Assembly: GCA_963845665.1 (NCBI GenBank)
Contig: CAWJTA010000002.1
Coordinates: 611,388-675,387, forward strand
DNA from: an uncultured Verrucomicrobiae bacterium
GTDB taxonomy: Bacteria; Verrucomicrobiota; Verrucomicrobiia; Limisphaerales; UBA11358
DNA length: 64,000 nt
Direction of reading: 5' to 3'
Part shown: positions 53,311 to 62,016 of the stretch, piece by piece
Layout of the letters: every line of letters starts with the position of its first letter
How positions within the stretch are numbered: position 1 is the stretch's first letter
Translations under genes and position numbers: made by a program
Notes under the pieces: generated by a model
The model's input: only the letters and a program-made list of their open reading frames with translations
What the model was told of the DNA's origin: nothing
Databases searched by the model: none

Positions 53311-55168
53311 ATGTTCGAGTTTTTATTCAAAATTTGGGGCCTGGCCAAAGCGTATCGGTTGAGACTGTTCCTGGGTGTGTTGACCGGTATTGTGAGCGGA
53401 TTTATGTACCCGCTGTTGTTGGCGACAATACTGATCGTTTACACCGCGGTTTTTGGTGGCAACCAGGACGTGATGGCGTCCTCGGGCGGACGGGGTTCGA
53501 TGTTCATGCCGGCATTCGTCCAAACGTGGCTTGCGAACGTCCGTGTCGCGATGACAATCGGCGTGAAGTCGCATCCGTGGGCAATCGCAGTGCTGGTGGC
53601 CTCTATTCCTGTCATTATGGGTTTGCGAGGGCTATTTGCGTTTCTCAATGTTTATTTCCTGCAATGGGTGGCCAGCCGGTCCATCGCCGATTTACGGACG
53701 CGGCTGTTCCGGCATTTGCTAGATTTGTCGGCCGGATTTTACAATGAGAATTCTTCCGGCCAGCTGATATCGCGCGTGATCAATGACACCGGCATGTTGC
53801 AGGTTGTTTTGGGCAATGCCACTACGACGATAGTCCGGGACCCTGTCACTCTGATCGTGCTCATCAGCTCATTGTTAGTGGTTCAACCGGGCCTGACGCT
53901 GATAGCGGTGATCGTCATGCCGGCCTGCCTGGTTCCCATTATTATTTTCAACCGCAAAATTCGCCGTTCGAGCCGCGAAATGCAGACGCGTTCGGCGGAT
54001 TTAACGCAGACGATGGCCGAAGCGTTTACCGGGTATCGCATGGTTAAGGCATACAATATGGAAGACATCGTCACTGCGGATTTTCAAAACACGACGCGCG
54101 GGTCGGTGAGCCATTATATGCGCATCGTGCGTGCCAGCAATACGACCGGGCCACTGATCGAATTTTTTGGTTCGTTTGGCGTGGCACTGCTGTTGACGTA
54201 TGTGATTTATCATCGCCAGCCCATTCAAAATTTCATCCAATTGATTGGCAGCGTATTCATGATTTATGCGCCGTTGAAAAACCTGAATATGCTGCACAAC
54301 TGGATCTCCCAGGGCCGGGCCGCCAGCGAACGGGTCTTCGAACTTCTGGCCACAAAAAATTCCGTGCCCGAGCCGGTCCAACCCATAAAGCTGAACGCCA
54401 TTGGCGGGGATGTGGTGTTTGAAAATCTCAGTTTCAATTACGGAGAAAGACCCATTCTGCGAAATATCAATCTCACCGTCAAATCCGGACAACTTGTCGC
54501 GCTGGTGGGCGCCAGCGGTTCGGGCAAAACCACGTTGGCGAACCTGCTTTTGCGATTTTATGATCCACACCAGGGGACTATCCGCGTCGGCGGCGTGGAC
54601 ATCCGGGACGTATTGACGCGCGATTTGCGCAATCAAATGGCTGTCGTTTCGCAGGAAGTTATTTTGTTTGATGAAACTATCCGCAGAAACATCGAATTGG
54701 GCCGTCCCGGCGCGAGCGAATGAGGAAATCATCGCCGCGGCCAAACATGCTCATGCTTACGATTTTATCATGTCAAAACCCAAGGGCTTTAACACGCTCA
54801 TCGGTGAAAAAGGCATGAAGTTATCGGGCGGCCAGCGCCAGCGTATCGCCATCGCGCGCGCCGTTTTGCGCAATGCGCCCATTCTCATTTTGGACGAAGC
54901 TACCAATGCGCTGGACACGGAATCAGAGCGCGCGGTGCAGGATACTTTGGACGAGTTGATGACCGAACGAACGACGCTTTGCATCGCGCACCGTTTATCG
55001 ACGATTATGCACGCCGATTTGATTGTCGTTCTGGACCAGGGCCGGATCGTAGAAACCGGGCGACACGAGGAATTAATCCGGAGGGGCGGCATCTATCAAA
55101 AACTTTACGCAATATCGGAACGGGGCCGTCTCGCGAACGCGGAAAATGAGCCGGTTGTTCTCCAATGA
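53311..55168 (+). pseudogene. MsbA-like ABC exporter (fused TMD-NBD) with one frameshift between Walker A and the ABC signature (real or assembly artefact)
   Basis: Six-TM domain, Walker A GASGSGKTT, then ..[11 protein letters not shown] at 54721-54723. The +1 frame continues ..[44 protein letters not shown]... One extra nt near 54712-54720 explains the break. Confidence 0.85.
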
Positions 55169-55226
55169 AATGAGGGGAACCAGGCGGACCGGGATGTCCG
55201 CCCTACCGGGGACGAAATGGAGCTTA

Positions 55227-55650
55227 CTATTCTCCGATGAAATGGAGGACGGTCCGGCGCGAATGGGCATGGCGGCGGTGTTCCCACAAAAAAATCCCCT
55301 GCCAGGTGCCCAGCGCCATTTCACCGTGACGCACGGGAATGCTTAGGTTAACGGTCGTCAAAGCTGTGCGCACGTGCGCGGGCATGTCATCGTCTCCTTC
55401 GATAGTGTGTTCAAAGATCGGGTCGCCGTCAGGGACCAATCGCTCAAAAAATTTTTCAAAGTCCCGGCGCACGTCCGGGCTGGCGTTTTCCTGGATCAAC
55501 AAAGAAGCCGAGGTGTGTTGCAAATGAATGGTCAGCAGGCCGTCGCGAAATTGGTTCTGCGCAATCCATTTTTCGACTTGCGGATGTAAAGTCATAGAGA
55601 CCGCGTCCGCGGGTGGCAATGGTGATCTCATGGAACGATTGGCGGAGCAT
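55227..55650 (-). pseudogene. yjbQ: YjbQ/UPF0047 family protein with one frameshift near the N-terminus (real or assembly artefact)
   Basis: The ATG at 55650 gives MLRQSFHEITIATRGRGLYDFT. The frame slips near 55583-55590 and continues ..PQVEKWIAQNQFRDGLLTIHLQHTSASLLIQENASPDV..EHTIEGDDDMPAHV..GTWQGIFLWEHR... Confidence 0.8.
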
Positions 55651-55679
55651 GGGAAGGTTAAATGATTGTTGAATTGCGC

Positions 55680-55790
55680 ATGGCGACCACACGACGAACG
55701 GGCGCCGCAAGGGTTGCGCCGCTAAACGCGGCGCTGCGGCTGGTGACAGCGCCACATGCGAAGGGTGCCGCCCCTATCATGGCGGATTCT
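55680..55790. repeat. REP-like repeat module
   Basis: CCGCTAAACGCGGCGCTGCGGCTGGTGACAGCGCCACATGCGAAGGGTGCCGCCCCTATC is related to 32040-32105. Confidence 0.7.
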
Positions 55791-57543
55791 AGTTATTCGC
55801 GGTGGTATTGAGCATTTGTTCGATTTCAGAATTTGGCGCAACGCCTGCCGTACGGGCCTTTTCATAGTGCCATCGGGCCATTTCGACCATCGGCGGAACC
55901 GTGCTCAGATAAATAATGGCGAGGTTTTTGTGGGCGTCGCCGTAGTTGGGATCAATTTGGACGGCTTTGCGGAAGGCGGTTTCGGCCTGGACACGCAATC
56001 CTTTTTGGGCGAGCGCCACGCCGAGGAAATTTTGGATTTGAGGGTTTTGCGGGTCGAGTTTTACCGCCCTGCCTAAAGCATCGAGGGCGCCGTCGAGGTT
56101 TCCTTCACCGAATCTGACGCGGCCAAGCACCGTTAAATTGAACGGATCATTTGGTTCCACGAGCAGTGCGGCCTCAATATGCGCGTCGGCCTCGGGGATT
56201 TTATTTTGTTCCAATTCAGCTGAAGCGAGGTTGGCCAGAGCGAGGGGATTGCTTTGGTTCTGGTTGAGGACTTGCTCGTAGTCGTCGGCGGCTTTGTCAT
56301 ATTGGCGATTATTGAAGTAACGTTGGGCTTCGGCTACCAGCACGGCGGACGCTCCAGATAATTTGTGATGAGATTTTTTCTCGGCTTTGGGGTCGGCGGC
56401 GAGCGGTCCAGGGGTGAATAGCGCCAGTTCCTGGGGTGTGTATGGAACGGTTTCTCCCTCATCCACCTCCACGCGGTCGCGGAGTGTTTCAATTTCCTGG
56501 GCGATAGCAGCCATTTGTGCTTTGGGGGTCAGCTCTTTACGGCTCTTGAGCTTCTTGTTTGCCTGGCCCAGTTGCGCGAGCAATTGGTCACGTTCGAGCT
56601 TGAGTTCGTGGATTTGAGCCTGCAAATCGGGTTGGGCCTGCGGCTCAGCTTGAGTGGCGCCGGCCAGTGACGATTCCTGCAATTGTTGGACTCGATTTTC
56701 CAGCGCGGTTTTTTCGAGCGAATTCTCCATAGCGTCGGTCTGCAATTTGGCAATCTGCGCGCGCGCCATGGCAAGGTCGCCGGCATCGTTGGTTGCGACG
56801 GGCAAATGAACATGGGCCAGTTCCTTTTTGAGCAGTTCATTTTCCCGGCGCAGCGCTTCGGCGGCGCCGGCGTCAGTCGTTAGAGCCAGGATTTTAGTTT
56901 CCAAAGCTTCGTTTTGGCTGGCGAGCTGGTTCGCGCGGGTTGTTTGGGCGGCCAGGTCCTGCTGCAGTTTTGGATTATCGCGATTGGCAACGGCGGGCGG
57001 CGGGGTATTGGTCATTAGGGCGGTGGTTGCCTTGAGGAGATCATTTTCCTTGGATAATTCACGGACCTGTTGCTGCAATTGGGCATAGGCAGCAGCGCTG
57101 GCGCCTTCGGGCTGGACGCTTAGGGCCTCTTTGAGTTTGGCCTGGACGGTTTCGTTTTCACCCTGTAATTGGCGGATCTGCCCGTTCAAGTTGGCCAATT
57201 GCGCCTGCCAATCCGCCGGAGTGGGCGGCGGCATCACTTTCTCCGGAGGAGCGTTGGTGGCCACCTGCGGAGTCAGGGCGTTGATCTTTTCAGCAAGGTA
57301 ATTCAGGCGGTAATTCACGATCATGGGGTTCCAATCCGAATAGGCGGCCTGAAATTGTTTCAGTTCACGCTGCGCCTCGACGTAGTCGCCCAAAGCCTGT
57401 TTGGGTTGGCCGCCAGTGAGGCTGGCGTCGCCCTGCTGGATCAAAACATAAATGATGACGTATTGGTCGTCTGGACTTTGCTGGGCCTGGACCGCTGCAA
57501 CCGCGCTGAAGAAGGCGATGACACATGCGGCGAAATATTTCAT
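55789..57543 (-). CDS. Secreted coiled-coil + TPR repeat protein
   Basis: The ATG at 57543 gives MKYFAACVIAFFSAVAAVQAQ (signal peptide). A long Q/L/A-rich coiled coil follows. C-terminal TPR units include ..YDKAADDYEQVLNQNQSNPLALANLA.. and ..AETAFRKAVQIDPNYGDAHKNLAIIY... Confidence 0.8.
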   Translation of the reverse strand: MKYFAACVIAFFSAVAAVQAQQSPDDQYVIIYVLIQQGDASLTGGQPKQALGDYVEAQRELKQFQAAYSDWNPMIVNYRLNYLAEKINALTPQVATNAPPEKVMPPPTPADWQAQLANLNGQIRQLQGENETVQAKLKEALSVQPEGASAAAYAQLQQQVRELSKENDLLKATTALMTNTPPPAVANRDNPKLQQDLAAQTTRANQLASQNEALETKILALTTDAGAAEALRRENELLKKELAHVHLPVATNDAGDLAMARAQIAKLQTDAMENSLEKTALENRVQQLQESSLAGATQAEPQAQPDLQAQIHELKLERDQLLAQLGQANKKLKSRKELTPKAQMAAIAQEIETLRDRVEVDEGETVPYTPQELALFTPGPLAADPKAEKKSHHKLSGASAVLVAEAQRYFNNRQYDKAADDYEQVLNQNQSNPLALANLASAELEQNKIPEADAHIEAALLVEPNDPFNLTVLGRVRFGEGNLDGALDALGRAVKLDPQNPQIQNFLGVALAQKGLRVQAETAFRKAVQIDPNYGDAHKNLAIIYLSTVPPMVEMARWHYEKARTAGVAPNSEIEQMLNTTANN

Positions 57544-57722
57544 TGTGCCAAAATAATGAATCGCCACGGATTTGGCAAAGGTTCAATTAAACTCTCGCTT
57601 TTTCGCCCGCAAAATCCTAAACCAGATGGCGTTAAATCCACATTTGGCGGGTTATCGTGTATCTTTGGTTTTTTCACAAAATTGCAAATGGCGAAATGAG
57701 TCAGAGTGGTCTCAAACACATG

Positions 57723-59876
57723 ATGAAAGAGAACGCCATTTTTGGCGTTGTCTGCGCCGCGGTTATTGTGGTCTTTATCAGCGTTGCGCAAACCGGGCCG
57801 CTGGAATTAACCCGTCCGGATGCGAAAGACTCCTATTATAATTTGTTGGTTCAAGGTTTTCGCGCCGGCCATCTCAACGTGAATCGCGAACCTCCCCCCG
57901 GTTTGGCTGCCCTGACAAATCCGTATGACCCGGCGCAAAACCGGGACCTTGTGTGGGACAGAGATCACCTTTGCTATGAAATGAGTTATTACAAAGGCAA
58001 GCTCTACCTTTATTTTGGTGTTGCGCCGGCCATCGTCCTATTCTGGCCTTATGTAACGGTGACCGGCCATTACCTGCCGGAAGAGGACGCAGTGGTTATT
58101 TTCATTGCGGTTGGTTTCCTGGCGGGCGCCGGACTCGTGCGAGCCATTCGAAGCCGGTATTTCCCGGAAGCCAGTGTTGGAACGGCCATCTGCGGTATTT
58201 TGGCCCTGGGATTGGCCACAGGCATCCTGCAGATTTTGTCATCCTGTGACGTTTACCAGGTGGCGAAGAGTTGCGGGTTCGCTTTTGCCATGCTGTCAAT
58301 TGCGGCCGTCTGGCGGGCATTGCACGAGCCAATCGGGCGAGTCAAATGGTTGGCGGCAGCGAGCGTGGCCTTTGGGTTGGCAATCGGCTCGCGACCCTCT
58401 TTGTTGTTTGGTGCGGTAATCCTCCTGGTTCCCGTGGCACGGGAGTGGCAGGAAAAAACCGGTGGTAATCGGACGGGGAGACCATCGTCAAATACAATGC
58501 AACCGCCGGCTGAAACGAGCGGCCAAAATTTCTGGAGACCAGCGTGGTTACTGGCGGCGGCGCTTGGACCGATTACGCTGATCGGATTTGGAATTTTAGT
58601 TTACAACGCTTTGCGCTTTGACAATCCGTTTGAATTTGGCTGGCATTACCAATTAACCAGTTGCCAGAACAATGCGGCCAGGCAATTCAGCCCCGGGTAT
58701 TTATGGTTCAACCTCCGTTTCTACTTTTTGCTGCCGGGACTGTGGAGCATTCATTTTCCATTTTTGCAAGGCCGCTCTCTACCGGCGTTGCCGAGCGGCT
58801 ATCTTGGGGCCGGCGCACCCTTTAGCGGAATTCTCGCAAATTATCCCATTGCGTGGTTTGCGGTCTTTGTCCCGTCAGCCTGGAAACGGCCGGGTGCCGC
58901 GCAGGATTCGGCCCTGGCGTCCTTTGCTGCCGCCGTATTCCTCCTGTTTTTGGGGTGTGGGCTCCCTCTTTTTCTTTTTTTTGCGGCCGATACGGGATAC
59001 GAACTGGATTTTTTACCAGCCTTGATGCTTCTGGCCGCGATGGGCATCTTCGGCCTGAACCGCTGCCTTTCCACCAGGGCTCAAATTCAGGCCGTTGCCC
59101 GCTGGAGCGGATGGCTTTTGCTGATTTGGTCGGTTGTCTTCAATGTCCTGGCGTCTATTGGTATCCGTGCCGGTGCGGATTACATGAAGGGCAATTTCCT
59201 CACCCATTTGGGCCGACTGGATGGCGCGATTGAATCTTTTCAAAATGCGTCGGCGCTTGAACCCAATGATCCGGGTTTTCACTATGCCCTAGCCAATGCT
59301 CTTTCCCAGGCGGGACATTCGGATGAATCCGTTGTCCAATTTCAAAAGGCGCTGGAAATTAAGCCGGATTTTTCCGAAGCGGACAACAATCTTGCGTTTA
59401 CCCTGCTTCGGGCCGGACAAGTCGACGAGGCGATCAATTATTTTGAAAGAGCATCGGAGCTTCAAACGAACTATCAAACCTTTTACAATCTTGGGTATGC
59501 CTTCCGCATGAAAAAAATGGCGACGGAAGCGGAAATCAATTGGCAAAAAGCCATTGAGCTTCAGCCTCAATTTCTACCCGCGCAAATAGACCTGTCGTGG
59601 ATGCTGGCAACGTGGCCGGACGCCGCGGCGCGCGATGGGGCGCGGGCGCTTGCCCTGGCGGAAAATCTTGATCGGCACGTGCCGAACAATCCGGGAATTC
59701 TGCGGACTTTGGCCGCAGCCTACGCCGATACGGGTCATTTTCCTGAAGCCGTTGCCACCGCAGAACGAGCGCTGGCCGCTGCCGGGCCCCAATCCGAAGC
59801 GACATTGACCCGGCAATTACAAGACGAAATTACCCTGTATCAAGAGAATCGCCCGTGCCGTTCCTTCACCAATTGA
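57723..59876 (+). CDS. Polytopic membrane domain + C-terminal TPR protein (GT-C-like candidate), paralog 1
   Basis: The start was chosen by alignment with paralog 2 (MKENAIFG.. against MKEPGANFG..). A shared block is YYNLLVQGFRAGHLNVNREPPPGLAALTNPYDP..MSYYKGKLYLYFG... The C-terminal TPRs include ..ALEIKPDFSEADNNLAFTLLRAGQVDEAINYFE... Confidence 0.8.
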   Translation: MKENAIFGVVCAAVIVVFISVAQTGPLELTRPDAKDSYYNLLVQGFRAGHLNVNREPPPGLAALTNPYDPAQNRDLVWDRDHLCYEMSYYKGKLYLYFGVAPAIVLFWPYVTVTGHYLPEEDAVVIFIAVGFLAGAGLVRAIRSRYFPEASVGTAICGILALGLATGILQILSSCDVYQVAKSCGFAFAMLSIAAVWRALHEPIGRVKWLAAASVAFGLAIGSRPSLLFGAVILLVPVAREWQEKTGGNRTGRPSSNTMQPPAETSGQNFWRPAWLLAAALGPITLIGFGILVYNALRFDNPFEFGWHYQLTSCQNNAARQFSPGYLWFNLRFYFLLPGLWSIHFPFLQGRSLPALPSGYLGAGAPFSGILANYPIAWFAVFVPSAWKRPGAAQDSALASFAAAVFLLFLGCGLPLFLFFAADTGYELDFLPALMLLAAMGIFGLNRCLSTRAQIQAVARWSGWLLLIWSVVFNVLASIGIRAGADYMKGNFLTHLGRLDGAIESFQNASALEPNDPGFHYALANALSQAGHSDESVVQFQKALEIKPDFSEADNNLAFTLLRAGQVDEAINYFERASELQTNYQTFYNLGYAFRMKKMATEAEINWQKAIELQPQFLPAQIDLSWMLATWPDAAARDGARALALAENLDRHVPNNPGILRTLAAAYADTGHFPEAVATAERALAAAGPQSEATLTRQLQDEITLYQENRPCRSFTN

Positions 59877-59883
59877 GACAAAG

Positions 59884-62007
59884 ATGAAAGAGCCTGGCGC
59901 CAACTTCGGAATCAAAGCGAAACTCGTATTTATCCTGGCTTGCGTTCTGGTCATCGGCATTTTGATCTGGAGTGGAGGGCCGGGTCCGCTTGAATTTGAA
60001 GGTTCCGACCCCGGACCGGCTACCGATTATTATAATTTGTTGGTTCAAGGTTTCCGCGCCGGCCAACTCAATGTGAACCGCGATCCACCGCCTGGCCTTG
60101 CCGCCGTTCCGAACCCGTACGATCCTCGCGCCAATACCCCCCGTTTCTGGGATCAGTCCCACCTCTCGTTTGACATGAGTTACTATAAGGGGAAATTGTA
60201 TCTTTATTTCGGCATCACGCCGGCGCTCACATTGTTTTGGCCTTTCGTCATAGTCACCGGCCATTACCTGTCGCATCGGAACGCTTGCGTGATTTTTTCC
60301 ATTCTGGGCTTTATTGCTGCGGCCGGCATCTTATACAGGATCTGGCGCCGTTACTTTCCGGAAATTAGTCCCTGGGTTGCGGCATCAGGGGCACTCGGCC
60401 TGGGGTTGGCCGGGGGCTTGTTGGAAATTCTCTCTTCATGTGAAGTGTATGAGGTGGCAATCACTTGCGCGTTTGCTTTTACGATGATTGCCATGGCCGC
60501 TCTCTGGCGCGCCTTGCACCAGAAAGAACGCCAGGTCCGATGGCTCGGCCTGGCCAGTCTGGCTTATGGATTGGCCATCGGATCGCGACCGTCGTTGCTT
60601 TTTGGCTCACTATTTCTTCTAACGCCGCTGGCTGCGGCCGCGAGCCGCCATTCAGAGCGGATTTCCCGGGGGCAGGCAGTTTTGTTATTTGCGGCGGCTG
60701 TTGTGCCGCTCATGCTGGTTGGATTGGGGCTGATGCTTTACAACCTCCTGCGATTTGGCAGCCCTTTCGAATTTGGCTGGCATTATCAATTGACGGGGTT
60801 TGATAATTATTCAGCGCAACAATTCAGCCTGCGATACCTATGGTTTAATTTTCATTTCTATTTTTTAGAGCCGGTGCGATGGACAGGCCATCTTCACTTC
60901 TCCGGGCTTGACGAGGTGCCGCCGCCTGGTCATGCCACAATCGTCCCCATGCCCTACAGCGGCATACTGAGGTATTCCCCTTTTGCCTGGCTGGCTTTGG
61001 CGGCGCCGCTGGCGTGGAAGGGCCGCCTGGCCGAAGGAATATTGTTGCGCGCTTTCACTGCGGGCGCGTTTCTGCTATTTGTGATTTGCGCGGCGACCCT
61101 TTGCCTGTTTGTAACGGCCAGCAGCCGTTATGAGATGGACTTTTCACCGGTGCTATTGTTGCTGGCGGTGATTGGCGTTTTAGGTTTGGAACGGGCGGTG
61201 GCCCGCCTGGCTGTCTGGCGGGCTGTCGCGCGCGCCTTCTGGTGCCTGCTCCTCGCATATTCGCTGCTGCTCAATATATTGGCGGCGATTGAAGCCCATG
61301 CGGCGAACGACTATTTTATAGGAAACCTGCTCTTTAACCATGGTCGTTTGGACCAGACGATCGAGTACTTCGCCAAGGCATCAAGGCTGGAACCGCGCTC
61401 CGCGGGCTTTCACTTTGCCCTCGCCAGCGCTCTATCTCACGCAGGCCGGATCGACCAGGCCGTTACGGAATTTAAGAGCGCTTTGGACTTCCAACCGGAT
61501 TTTCCCGAGGCCGAAAACAATCTCGCGTTTACACTGCTTCGGGCCGGCCGGGTAGATGAAGCGATCCATTATTTTCAAAAAGCATTGGAACTTCATGAAA
61601 GCTACCAGACCCTTTACAATCTCGCTTACGCGTTTCGCCTGAACAGGAAGGCGCAGGAAGCCGAAGCCAGCCTGCAAAAGGCCATTGAACTTCAGCCTCA
61701 ATTTTTGCCGGCGCAAATAGATTTGTCATGGACACTGGCGACCTGGCCGGACGCCACTGGACGCAATAGCGCCAGGGCGCTCGCCATCGCGCAAAATCTC
61801 AATCAGCATCATCCGGATGATCCGAATGTTCTTCGCACCCTGGCCGCGGCCTGCGCAGAAACCGGCCATTTTCCCGAGGCCCTCACAACTGCAAAACGCG
61901 CGCTGGCGATCGCCCAATCCCAATCCGAAATGACATTGGTAAAGAAATTACAATCCGAAATCGCGCTTTATCAAAACAACACTCCCTGCCGTTCCTTCAA
62001 CAATTGA
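59884..62007 (+). CDS. Polytopic membrane domain + C-terminal TPR protein, paralog 2 (tandem duplicate)
   Basis: 707 aa, colinear with the preceding gene along its whole length. It starts 7 nt after that gene's stop. Confidence 0.85.
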   Translation: MKEPGANFGIKAKLVFILACVLVIGILIWSGGPGPLEFEGSDPGPATDYYNLLVQGFRAGQLNVNRDPPPGLAAVPNPYDPRANTPRFWDQSHLSFDMSYYKGKLYLYFGITPALTLFWPFVIVTGHYLSHRNACVIFSILGFIAAAGILYRIWRRYFPEISPWVAASGALGLGLAGGLLEILSSCEVYEVAITCAFAFTMIAMAALWRALHQKERQVRWLGLASLAYGLAIGSRPSLLFGSLFLLTPLAAAASRHSERISRGQAVLLFAAAVVPLMLVGLGLMLYNLLRFGSPFEFGWHYQLTGFDNYSAQQFSLRYLWFNFHFYFLEPVRWTGHLHFSGLDEVPPPGHATIVPMPYSGILRYSPFAWLALAAPLAWKGRLAEGILLRAFTAGAFLLFVICAATLCLFVTASSRYEMDFSPVLLLLAVIGVLGLERAVARLAVWRAVARAFWCLLLAYSLLLNILAAIEAHAANDYFIGNLLFNHGRLDQTIEYFAKASRLEPRSAGFHFALASALSHAGRIDQAVTEFKSALDFQPDFPEAENNLAFTLLRAGRVDEAIHYFQKALELHESYQTLYNLAYAFRLNRKAQEAEASLQKAIELQPQFLPAQIDLSWTLATWPDATGRNSARALAIAQNLNQHHPDDPNVLRTLAAACAETGHFPEALTTAKRALAIAQSQSEMTLVKKLQSEIALYQNNTPCRSFNN

Positions 62008-62016
62008 AATAAAAAT

